Source: Phycisphaeraceae bacterium (GTDB lineage Bacteria; Planctomycetota; Phycisphaerae; Phycisphaerales; Phycisphaeraceae). Taken from it: a DNA stretch of 64,000 bases. The DNA lies in assembly GCA_020851465.1 (NCBI GenBank), contig JADZCR010000007.1:1561-65560 (forward strand). Reading direction: 5' to 3'. The position numbers were made by a program, and so were the translations under genes. This document shows, piece after piece, positions 53,936 through 62,563 of the stretch (positions within the stretch are counted from its first letter, which is position 1; the number at the start of each line of letters is the position of its first letter). Below the pieces are notes generated by a model. That model searched no databases and was not told the origin of the DNA. It saw only the letters and a list, made by a program, of their open reading frames with translations.

Positions 53936-55777
53936 TTACATCGCTCCGGCAGTGGTCAGCGGTTCACTGTTCTGCTTTTTAGGTTCAGGCAGCCATCGCG
54001 TGCTGATTTGCTCACGCGGAACATCGGGATGAGCGTGGTGAATCGCAGCGGCGACAAGACCCATGAACATTGGTTGCGGACGCAAGGGGCGGCTGGTCAA
54101 TTCCGGGTGAAATTGCGCACCGAGAAAGAACGGATGGTCACGCACCGGTAATTCGAGGATCTGCATGATCGGCTGCTCAGGATGCCGACCGGAGAAGACT
54201 AATCCGGCCTTTTCCAATTGCGCGATATAGCGAGGATCGACTTCATAGCGGTGTCGGAATCGCTCACGGATGAGGAAGGAGCTGGGATTTTGCGTTTTGC
54301 GGCTTTCACTTTCATACAAGAATGCCGCCAGTGTTCCGCTGGAAATCAACACATCCTTACCTCCCAGCCGCATGTTGCCGCCCAGACCTTCGATCTGTTT
54401 TTGTTCGGGCAGCATGTCGATGACCGGGTAGGGCGATTTCGCGTCAAACTCCGTGCTCGCGGCCCCCTTGAGGCCGACCACGTTGCGGGCGAATTCGATC
54501 ACGGCCACCTGGAAGCCAAGACATAATCCCAGATACGGCAGCGCGTTTTCACGGCAGTAGCGGATGCAGGCGATTTTGCTTTCGGTGCCTTTGACGCCGA
54601 AGCCTCCCGGCACGATGACAGCATCCAGCCCTTCGAGCTTACTCGCGGATTCCGCAGGCTCGAATCGAGTCGTGTCGATCCACTGAAGCTCGATATCCAC
54701 GGACAGGTGGGCGGAACAATGCTCCAGAGCCTTGTCAATCGATGCGTAGGCATCACGGAGAGCGGCATATTTGCCGGTGATCCCGATGCGGGTACGGAAG
54801 CGACGCTTACCCGTAAGTTTTTCGACAAATCCCCGCCACTTTTCGCGGGCCTCGTCTTCATGGACCGCGTTGACGCGTTCGTGCAAATCGAGAATGCCCA
54901 GGATTTCTCTGTCGAGGCCCGCCTCGCGCATCGCTTCGGGAATGGTGTAGATGCTCTTGCGGTCGTGCATCGAGAAGACTCGCTTCATCGGCACGTTGGA
55001 AAACATCGCGATTTTCTGTTTGACCGTCTCGCTGACGGGATTCTGTGCACGACAGGCGATGATCTGCGGTTGCACACCTGCTTCCATCAGTTTTTTCAAG
55101 CCTAGTTGCGCCGCCTTGGATTTCTGCTCACCAAGGGCTTTGGGTTCGATGACGTAGGTCAGCGCGACAAAGCAGACGCTGTTCTCGCCTTCATCAAACG
55201 CCAGCTCGCGCAGTGCTTCGATATAGAAGGCATTTTCGTAGTCGCCAACGGTTCCGCCGACCTCCACAAAAATAACATCAGCGTTCTGCTTGACCGCCAG
55301 CTCGCGGAGCATGTATTTCACTTCGCCGGTGACGTGCGGGATCATCTGCACGTCGCGGCCGAGGTATCCGCCGTGACGCTCCTTGTCGAGCACTCCACGG
55401 AAGATCTGACCGGAGGTCGTGTAGTTGTCGCGTGTGAGGTTCTGGTCGAGCAATCGCTCGTAAGTTCCCAGATCCATGTCAGTCTCAAGCCCGTCATCAA
55501 GCACGAACACCTCACCGTGGCGGTAAGGGTTTAAGGTGCCCGAGTCAATGTTGAGGTAACCCTCCATCTTGATGGGCGAGACTGCGAGACCTTTGTCTTT
55601 GAGTAGTTTGGCGAGCGAGCTGGCGAAGATTCCCTTACCGAGTCCTGACATAACGCTGCCGAGGACGGCCACATACTTATGCCGTCCCCTGACATAGCCT
55701 TCAGGAATGGGGTTGAAAAACTCGGTCTCTTGAGATTTGTTGCCGGCTGCCGCGAGGAGATCTTGCGTAGAAGGCAT
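53936..55777 (-). CDS. pyrG: CTP synthase
   Basis: KYVAVLGSVMSGLGKGIFASS P-loop-like region, DVIFVEVGGTVGD, GATase GLCLGFQ and HRYEV. N-terminal and C-terminal extensions of about 35 aa each. Confidence 0.93.
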   Translation of the reverse strand: MPSTQDLLAAAGNKSQETEFFNPIPEGYVRGRHKYVAVLGSVMSGLGKGIFASSLAKLLKDKGLAVSPIKMEGYLNIDSGTLNPYRHGEVFVLDDGLETDMDLGTYERLLDQNLTRDNYTTSGQIFRGVLDKERHGGYLGRDVQMIPHVTGEVKYMLRELAVKQNADVIFVEVGGTVGDYENAFYIEALRELAFDEGENSVCFVALTYVIEPKALGEQKSKAAQLGLKKLMEAGVQPQIIACRAQNPVSETVKQKIAMFSNVPMKRVFSMHDRKSIYTIPEAMREAGLDREILGILDLHERVNAVHEDEAREKWRGFVEKLTGKRRFRTRIGITGKYAALRDAYASIDKALEHCSAHLSVDIELQWIDTTRFEPAESASKLEGLDAVIVPGGFGVKGTESKIACIRYCRENALPYLGLCLGFQVAVIEFARNVVGLKGAASTEFDAKSPYPVIDMLPEQKQIEGLGGNMRLGGKDVLISSGTLAAFLYESESRKTQNPSSFLIRERFRHRYEVDPRYIAQLEKAGLVFSGRHPEQPIMQILELPVRDHPFFLGAQFHPELTSRPLRPQPMFMGLVAAAIHHAHPDVPREQISTRWLPEPKKQNSEPLTTAGAM

Positions 55778-55941
55778 AGCCTACGGTACCACCGAAAAGG
55801 GGAGGGTTCAAGCAAGCGACTGTTTTATTAAGGTAATAGGCAAGAAATAGGAAGAAACGAGCGCGTCTTCCCTATGGGAGGGTACCAGACAGGCGATTCA
55901 TCGGGTTTGCTACCGTGGAATCGCCTCGCTACGTTGCTTGC

Positions 55942-56508
55942 ATGTCGCGTTACGAAGAATCCATCCGCGCCAGCGCAGCGACTATCGAGTCTTTGCGTAA
56001 CCTTGAGCCGTCGATGGCCCGCGCTGTGGAAATCGTAGCGCGTTGCCTCGGCGGCGGGCACAAGCTGCTCATCGCCGGTAACGGCGGCAGTGCCGCGGAT
56101 GCGGCTCACTTCGCCACGGAATTTGTCGTTCGCTTTGAACAGGACCGCCAAGCATTTCCCGCGATCGCGCTGGCGGAGTCAAGCAGTGCCCTCACCGCCA
56201 CGGGTAATGATTATTCATTTGACGAAATCTTTGCCCGGCAGGTCAAGGCATTTGCGCATCAGGGCGACGTGCTGGTGGTCTTTACTACCAGCGGAAAATC
56301 GAAAAACATTCTTAAAGCCCTCGACGCTGCGCGAGCCGTAGGAATTGAAAGCATCGCCTTTCTTGGTCGTGACGGCGGAGCAGCGAGGGGAAAAGCGACA
56401 GTCGAACTGGTCGTCGTCAGCAATATCACCGCTCGAATCCAGGAGGCGCACAAGGTGCTGCTGCACGTCTTGTGTGAGGCTGTCGAACCGTTACTGCCGC
56501 GGGAGTAA
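55942..56508 (+). CDS. gmhA: SIS-domain phosphoheptose isomerase
   Basis: KLLIAGNGGSAADAAHFATEF, VVFTTSGKSKNILKA, IQEAHKVLLH. ATG 55942 (the ORF opens at GTG 55915). Confidence 0.85.
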   Translation: MSRYEESIRASAATIESLRNLEPSMARAVEIVARCLGGGHKLLIAGNGGSAADAAHFATEFVVRFEQDRQAFPAIALAESSSALTATGNDYSFDEIFARQVKAFAHQGDVLVVFTTSGKSKNILKALDAARAVGIESIAFLGRDGGAARGKATVELVVVSNITARIQEAHKVLLHVLCEAVEPLLPRE

Positions 56509-56511
56509 GCC

Positions 56512-57435
56512 GTGGCTGGCACAAATCTCTATCTCGGACTTGACGTAGGCGGTACGAAATGTGCCGTGGTGATCGGCGATGATAAAGGCACGATCCGCGA
56601 ACGCATCGAGTGGCCATCGCAGGCGGAACGTGGTCCGCAACCGATGATCGCCGATCTGACGACCAATGCTGGTTATCTGCGGGAGAAGCATGCGGGAGTA
56701 CAGGCTGTCGGCGTATCGATCGGTGGGCCGCTCGATGCGAGGAACGGGATTATTCACGCTCCGCCGAATCTCCCCGGCTGGGATGCGATTCCGCTTCGTC
56801 AGATTCTTGAGGAGCAGTTCAAACTGCCGGTGTTCATCGAGCACGATGCAGCAGCCTGCGCACTGGCTGAGTATCGCTGGGGCGCGGGGGTCGGTGCGGA
56901 GCGGCTGGTCTATCTCACTTGTGCGACGGGTTTCGGGGCAGGCTACGTTTTCGACGGGAAAGCGTACTACGGTGCGCAGGGGCGATCAGGTGAAATCGGC
57001 CACACACGTTATGCGGTTGATGGACCGGAGGCATTCGGCAAAACGGGAAGTGCGGAAGCCTTCTGTTCAGCGAAGGGACTTTCACGGTTGGCAGCGTGGA
57101 AGTTTCCCCATCGATGGGAACACGCTGTGCCATCGCCGCCCGAAATCGCCCGTCTGGCCAGAGACGGCGACGCAGATGCCCGCGAAGTCATCACCATCAA
57201 TGCCCGTGCGGTCGGCGAGATCTGCTCTCGCATCGCGGATATGCTCTTTCCCGATGTGATCATTCTGGGCAGCTTGTCGCAATACCTCGGCGAGTCGTGG
57301 CTGAACGAGGTCCATGCGACTTTTATCCATGAAACACTCCCTACCGCGAGTAGGAACTGTCGGCTGGCTCCGCCGGGCTTAGGGAAGCGACTTCAGGATT
57401 GCTCTGCCTTGGTTGCCGCGATGCGCGGGGTTTAG
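56512..57435 (+). CDS. ROK-family sugar kinase
   Basis: GTG start after GGGAG. LGLDVGGTKCAVVIGD ATP-binding start, GEIGH ROK signature, about 300 aa. Confidence 0.85.
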   Translation: MAGTNLYLGLDVGGTKCAVVIGDDKGTIRERIEWPSQAERGPQPMIADLTTNAGYLREKHAGVQAVGVSIGGPLDARNGIIHAPPNLPGWDAIPLRQILEEQFKLPVFIEHDAAACALAEYRWGAGVGAERLVYLTCATGFGAGYVFDGKAYYGAQGRSGEIGHTRYAVDGPEAFGKTGSAEAFCSAKGLSRLAAWKFPHRWEHAVPSPPEIARLARDGDADAREVITINARAVGEICSRIADMLFPDVIILGSLSQYLGESWLNEVHATFIHETLPTASRNCRLAPPGLGKRLQDCSALVAAMRGV

Positions 57436-57521
57436 CGTTTGCCTTCGTTGCGGGAACCAGACCAAGTGGATTTCAGGCGTTGTCTGATAGACCGGCTGCG
57501 GCACCGTTATCATGATTGTCT

Positions 57522-58829
57522 ATGCGACTCTTAAGTGATCTCCAATCGCGCGGGCTACTCGCGCAGACATCTGATCCTGATCTCGACACCAAGCTCGTTT
57601 CGATCATGTCGAGGCGTTCGGTGGCAGCTTACGCGGGCTTTGATCCCACGTCCGACAGTCTGCACGTGGGGAACTTCATCGCCATCCTCTCGCTGATGCA
57701 CGCGCAGCGCAACGGCCTGAGGCCGATCGCCATAGTCGGCGGTGCGACCGGGCTTATTGGTGATCCCTCCGGTAAAACCACTGAGCGTCAACTGCTCACC
57801 AAAGAAAAAGTGGCTCAAAACGTCAAGGGAATCCAGAAAGTTCTCGAGCGGTTTCTTGACTTCAACCACCCCAAAGCCCCGGCGCGGATCATCAACAACC
57901 TGGATTGGTTCGGCAGCATGTCTGCGATTGACTTTCTGCGCGATGTGGGAGCGCACTTCCGCATCGGCTCAATGCTCGCGAAAGAGTCAGTCAAGGCCCG
58001 CATGGAAGGCAGCGGCTCCGCGGGTGAAGGCATGAGCTACACCGAGTTCAGCTATCAACTCCTTCAGGGTTACGACTTCTACAAGCTTTATAAGGAACAT
58101 GACTGCGTGCTCCAGCTCGGCGGGAGCGATCAATGGGGCAATATCACGGCAGGCATTGATGTGATCCGCAGACTTGAGGGCGAGAGCGGCAATGCGTTCG
58201 GCGTGACGATGCCGTTGATTACCACCGCGAGTGGCCAGAAGTTCGGCAAAAGCGAGGGTAACGCGGTCTGGCTCAGTGCCGAAAAAACGAGTCCTTACGA
58301 CTTTCATCAGTTCTGGCTGCGTGTTGAGGACGCCGATGTGGAGCGTTACCTGAAATACTTCACGTTTCTGCCACTGGAGGAGATTGCGCAGTTATCCGAG
58401 CAGGTCAAAACAGCACCGCAGAATCGAGCGGCACAGAGACGGCTCGCTGAGCTGATGACGACGCTCGTACATGGAGAATCGGCTGCACGTGAAGCGGCAT
58501 CGGCGGCGGCGGTGATGTACGGCGGCGACGGAGCGCAGACTCTCGATGCAGCAGGTATCGAAGCGCTGTCGAAGGAGGTACCCAGCTTCGAGGTCGATCG
58601 CGCCAAGCTGATTGCTGGCTGGTCACCCATTGAAGCCCTCCGTGACAGTGGCTTGGTTAAGAGCGGCGGAGAGGCGCGACGGTTGATCGCCCAAGGCGGT
58701 TTTTACGTGAACAATCAACCCTGGAACGACCCCACCAAAGCACTGGGAGAAGCCCAACTTGCGGCTGGTGTCGCAGTGGTATTGCGAACGGGAAAAAAGA
58801 ACTACCGGATTGCGAGAGTGAGAAGTTAA
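57522..58829 (+). CDS. tyrS: tyrosine--tRNA ligase
   Basis: GFDPTSDSLHVGNF (HIGH region), KFGKSEG (KMSKS), C-terminal S4-like domain. Confidence 0.93.
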   Translation: MRLLSDLQSRGLLAQTSDPDLDTKLVSIMSRRSVAAYAGFDPTSDSLHVGNFIAILSLMHAQRNGLRPIAIVGGATGLIGDPSGKTTERQLLTKEKVAQNVKGIQKVLERFLDFNHPKAPARIINNLDWFGSMSAIDFLRDVGAHFRIGSMLAKESVKARMEGSGSAGEGMSYTEFSYQLLQGYDFYKLYKEHDCVLQLGGSDQWGNITAGIDVIRRLEGESGNAFGVTMPLITTASGQKFGKSEGNAVWLSAEKTSPYDFHQFWLRVEDADVERYLKYFTFLPLEEIAQLSEQVKTAPQNRAAQRRLAELMTTLVHGESAAREAASAAAVMYGGDGAQTLDAAGIEALSKEVPSFEVDRAKLIAGWSPIEALRDSGLVKSGGEARRLIAQGGFYVNNQPWNDPTKALGEAQLAAGVAVVLRTGKKNYRIARVRS

Positions 58830-58848
58830 ATCATTTCGCAACCAATTG

Positions 58849-58879
58849 CCGATAAAGAGGTCTGATAAATCTTTATCGG
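58849..58879. repeat. 10-bp perfect inverted repeat just after tyrS
   Basis: CCGATAAAGA (58849-58858) / TCTTTATCGG (58870-58879) with an 11-nt loop. No following T-tract. Confidence 0.75.
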
Positions 58880-58923
58880 AGCACGGATTGCAAACTTAAA
58901 TGCTTCTGCTAGTTTGTTTGTCC

Positions 58924-58943
58924 CATTTTCAGGCCTGAAAATG
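58924..58943. repeat. 20-nt perfect palindrome in the tyrS-hppA spacer
   Basis: CATTTTCAGG|CCTGAAAATG is self-complementary over all 20 nt. Confidence 0.8.
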
Positions 58944-59073
58944 AGGGCCTTATCGGCGGTCACGGAAATCAGATCAGGGGAAACCTCCCACAACGTCACG
59001 AACAGATGAGCACCAATCGAACCGGCGGTTTTCTGGCCGGACACGTATCACCACCGCATCCCTGGAGACATTC

Positions 59074-61794
59074 ATGAAGAGGTTCAAGCGAGGCAAGCAA
59101 ACCAAGTCGATCCTGTTTTTGATTGGGTTGCTCGTATTCTTCGTCGGCATGTACGTACATGCCGGCGTGTACGGCACACCCAAGGGGCTGCTGGCGCAGG
59201 CGGATGCGCCGGCCGTGGTCGAATCCACCGCCGCCGACACCAGTTCGGCAGAGTTGCCGCCTTCCGTCGCCGAGCGGGCGCGAACTCAGACCGTTACCGC
59301 GGCACCGGAGGTTCACGCGGACCCGCATGCACGGCCATTCTCATACTTTTCGTTCATGAAACCGGACTCCGGCTTTTCACAGGGTGAGGTCATCGCCCTG
59401 TGGGTTACGCTCGGCGTCGCCCTCGCAGCCCTGCTTTACGCATGGATGCTCGTCAAACAGGTCGTCAGTGCCGATCAGGGCACTCCGCGGATGCAGGAAA
59501 TCGCCGCAGCGGTACGCGAAGGTGCCAACGCTTATCTGGCTCGACAGCTTAAGGTCGTGGGCATCCTGATTGTCGTGCTGGTGATTGTGCTCTATTGCAG
59601 TCGTGCCTTTAAGGAAAACGATCCGCTCGCACACACTTACGCGATCGGGCGGGCACTCTCCTTCCTTGTGGGTGCGATTTTCTCAGCCTTGGTAGGCTTC
59701 ATTGGCATGCGAATGGCAACGATCGGTAACCTCCGCGTCGCCGCGGCTGCCCGTGTCGGTTTCGGTAAGGCGCTCATGTACGGCTACCGCTCAGGCACCA
59801 TTACCGGCATGCTCACCGACGGTCTGGGTCTGCTCGGCGGCACCGTCATCTTCATGACCTATGGCGAGCACGCTTACGAAGCCCTGCTGGGCTTCGGCTT
59901 CGGCGGTACGCTGCTGGCACTCTTCATGCGTGTCGGTGGTGGTATCTACACCAAGGCTGCAGACGTCGGGGCTGACCTCGTCGGTAAAGTCGAGAAGGAC
60001 ATCCCTGAAGACGATCCTCGCAACGCGGCGACCATCGCCGACAACGTCGGTGACAACGTCGGCGACTGCGCCGGTATGGCAGCTGACATCTTCGAGTCTT
60101 ACGAAGTGACCATCGTCGCAGCCATGATTCTGGGCTGGGCGAGCTTCGGTCATAAGGGTGTGTTATTCCCCATCCTCGTCCGTGCCATCGGCGTCATCGG
60201 GTCGATCATCTCGACCTACTCCGTCCGTGCCGGTGACAAGGGCAACGTCGGCGAAGCCATGAAGCAGATCAACAAGGGCTTCTACATCGGCTCGTTCCTG
60301 TCCGTCGTTGGCTTCATCATCCTCGGATGGTTCTACCTGCGGTTTACTCCGGAAAATACGGCCAACCGTCCGGGCGTCTGGGAAAACATCCAGGCACTGC
60401 CTTTCTGGTGCAATTTTGGCCAGGAAGGGCTGGACATGCGGCCCGCATGGACCTGCTTCATCGGTATCATCCTTTGCATCGCGTTGAATCGGATCACTGA
60501 GTATTTCACAGGTACCGAGTTCAAACCCGTTCACGGCATCAAACGTAACTGTGAAACCGGCCACGGCACGACGATCATCGAGGGCTTTGCCGTTGGTTAT
60601 GAGTCGGCTGTGTGGACCGGATTGGTTCTCTGCGTTGCGATTTTCTCTTCGGTGCTCATCTACTCCTCGACGATGAACGAGTCGAACCCGATTTTCATCG
60701 CCTACGGTGTGGCGATGTGCGGCATCGGCATGCTGACCCTCACCGGTAATACCGTGTCGATGGACGTCTTCGGCCCGATCGCCGACAACGCCAACGGCAT
60801 CGCCGAGATGGGCTTTTCCAAGAGTGACTTCAAGAGTGAGGCAGATTACAAGGAGGCACGCCAGACGTTGGCGGACCTCGACGCGGTGGGTAACACGACC
60901 AAGGCTGTAACCAAGGGCGTGGCCATCGGTTCGGCGGTTATCGCGGCGGTTTCGCTTTATGCGTCGTTCATCACCGTCATCGGTTCGGGTGGTGGCGGCG
61001 AGGAAAAAGCACTACCGATCGAAATCTTCAACCGGGTCGCCGGCCTGTTGACCGTCAGCTCGCCCAATCTGCTGATCGGCATGCTCATCGGCGGTGCGGT
61101 GCCGTTCCTCTTTTCGTCAATGCTCATCCGTGCGGTGGGTCGTGCAGCCTACCTAATCGTCAATGAGTGCCGCGTGCAGTTCCGTGACAAGGAGATCTGG
61201 GCCGGCACCAAGAAACCCGACTATGCCCGCGTGGTGGACATCTGCACCACGGCAGCACAGAAGGAACTCATCGGCCCCGCGTTCCTGGGTGTGCTGACGC
61301 CGATCCTGGTCGGTTACTTCCTGGGTCCGATCGGTCTGGCGGGCTTCCTCGGCGGGTCAATCGTCGCCGGCCAGCTTCTGGCGAGCTTCATGTGCAATGC
61401 AGGCGGCGCATGGGATAACGCCAAGAAAATGGTCGAAGATGAACCTCGCGACCTCGAACGTAACACGGGCAAAGGCTCGGAAAAGCACAAGGCTTCAGTC
61501 ACCGGTGATACCGTCGGTGATCCGCTCAAGGACACCGCTGGCCCTGCGATCAACCCACTGCTGAAGGTGATGAACATGGTGGCCGTCCTCGGCGTGCCGC
61601 TCATGCTCGCTTACGATGCTTCCGTGGTGAAGACGGTGAATGCCGGTGCCCAGCAGTACCCCGGCGCGGTCAACACGCTTCCGACCGACGGCGGCAACAT
61701 GGCGGTTCGCGTTGCGGTCATCGTGGTGACCCTGGTCCTCATCGGCTGGGCGATCTTCCAGTCGAAGCGCGTCGTCAAGGGTTTCAATCAGTAA
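59074..61794 (+). CDS. hppA: membrane-bound proton/sodium-translocating pyrophosphatase
   Basis: GGIYTKAADVGADLVGKVE, DPRNAATIADNVGDNVGDCAGMAADIFESY, GGAWDNAKK and DTVGDPLKDT. GGAG lies 8 nt before ATG 59074. 906 aa, with extra N- and C-terminal hydrophobic segments. Confidence 0.93.
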   Translation: MKRFKRGKQTKSILFLIGLLVFFVGMYVHAGVYGTPKGLLAQADAPAVVESTAADTSSAELPPSVAERARTQTVTAAPEVHADPHARPFSYFSFMKPDSGFSQGEVIALWVTLGVALAALLYAWMLVKQVVSADQGTPRMQEIAAAVREGANAYLARQLKVVGILIVVLVIVLYCSRAFKENDPLAHTYAIGRALSFLVGAIFSALVGFIGMRMATIGNLRVAAAARVGFGKALMYGYRSGTITGMLTDGLGLLGGTVIFMTYGEHAYEALLGFGFGGTLLALFMRVGGGIYTKAADVGADLVGKVEKDIPEDDPRNAATIADNVGDNVGDCAGMAADIFESYEVTIVAAMILGWASFGHKGVLFPILVRAIGVIGSIISTYSVRAGDKGNVGEAMKQINKGFYIGSFLSVVGFIILGWFYLRFTPENTANRPGVWENIQALPFWCNFGQEGLDMRPAWTCFIGIILCIALNRITEYFTGTEFKPVHGIKRNCETGHGTTIIEGFAVGYESAVWTGLVLCVAIFSSVLIYSSTMNESNPIFIAYGVAMCGIGMLTLTGNTVSMDVFGPIADNANGIAEMGFSKSDFKSEADYKEARQTLADLDAVGNTTKAVTKGVAIGSAVIAAVSLYASFITVIGSGGGGEEKALPIEIFNRVAGLLTVSSPNLLIGMLIGGAVPFLFSSMLIRAVGRAAYLIVNECRVQFRDKEIWAGTKKPDYARVVDICTTAAQKELIGPAFLGVLTPILVGYFLGPIGLAGFLGGSIVAGQLLASFMCNAGGAWDNAKKMVEDEPRDLERNTGKGSEKHKASVTGDTVGDPLKDTAGPAINPLLKVMNMVAVLGVPLMLAYDASVVKTVNAGAQQYPGAVNTLPTDGGNMAVRVAVIVVTLVLIGWAIFQSKRVVKGFNQ

Positions 61795-61822
61795 GACAAG
61801 CCCAACAATCGGAACGTAGATC

Positions 61823-61862
61823 AGAAAGCCCAGGCGCAAAACGTCTGGGCTTTCTGTGTTTA
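61823..61862 (+). terminator. rho-independent terminator after hppA
   Basis: 11-bp perfect stem AGAAAGCCCAG / CTGGGCTTTCT (61823-61833 / 61845-61855), followed by GTGTTT. Confidence 0.7.
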
Positions 61863-62004
61863 GTGAGCAAACCGCCTATCATGCTTTGTTGCTCGATGCG
61901 GTCTGTGAAGATGCGGGTAATTTTTCGTTCATCCCCGGATTGCGGTTTTACTCTCTGACTTTGCAGAGCAAAATCCAACAAACAAATCGTGAGGACGATT
62001 CACC

Positions 62005-62430
62005 ATGGCTGTAGAAATTGACGGAATCTACGAAGGTCAGCTCCATTGTCGCGCGATCCACGGCCCCAGTGGTTCGGCAATCGTGACCGACGCTCCAACC
62101 GACAATGGCGGCAAAGGCGCGAGCTTTTCCCCTACTGATCTGGTCGCCACCGCACTGGGAACCTGCATCCTGACCACGATGGGTATCCTTGCTCAGCGGC
62201 ACGGGTGGGATATCGAGGGCACTCGTGTCCATGTCATTAAGGAAATGGTGACACAACCATTACGCCGTATCGGAGCCTTGCGCACGGTTGTTACTTTTCG
62301 GGCTGATAAGGCAGCGAAGCTCGGCGCAGAGCAGCGTCAGCGGCTCGAAGCTGCGGGACTTCATTGTCCCGTTCATCAGAGTCTGCATCCGGATGTGCAA
62401 GCCCCAATCACTTTTTCCTATGAAGGATAG
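62005..62430 (+). CDS. OsmC-family protein
   Basis: 141 aa. GAGGA SD. FSPTDLVATALGTCILT and LHCPVHQSL carry the two conserved OsmC Cys. Confidence 0.8.
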   Translation: MAVEIDGIYEGQLHCRAIHGPSGSAIVTDAPTDNGGKGASFSPTDLVATALGTCILTTMGILAQRHGWDIEGTRVHVIKEMVTQPLRRIGALRTVVTFRADKAAKLGAEQRQRLEAAGLHCPVHQSLHPDVQAPITFSYEG

Positions 62431-62563
62431 ATAAGATCTGCCGGTTGTAACGGCTCGCGGGATCAACCGGAAAAATTGAAAAATCAGGGCTGAAAACATG
62501 GCAATCCCATGCGCATTTCGCGTGGTTGGGGTTATCATGAATCCTTCGAGGAGAGGGGCGTGC

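Noticed and set aside
59356-59358. Internal ATG as an alternative hppA start (removing the N-terminal extension)
   Set aside because: There is no SD or -10-like hexamer upstream of it, whereas ATG 59074 has GGAG at optimal distance. Kept as an open question in the hppA finding.
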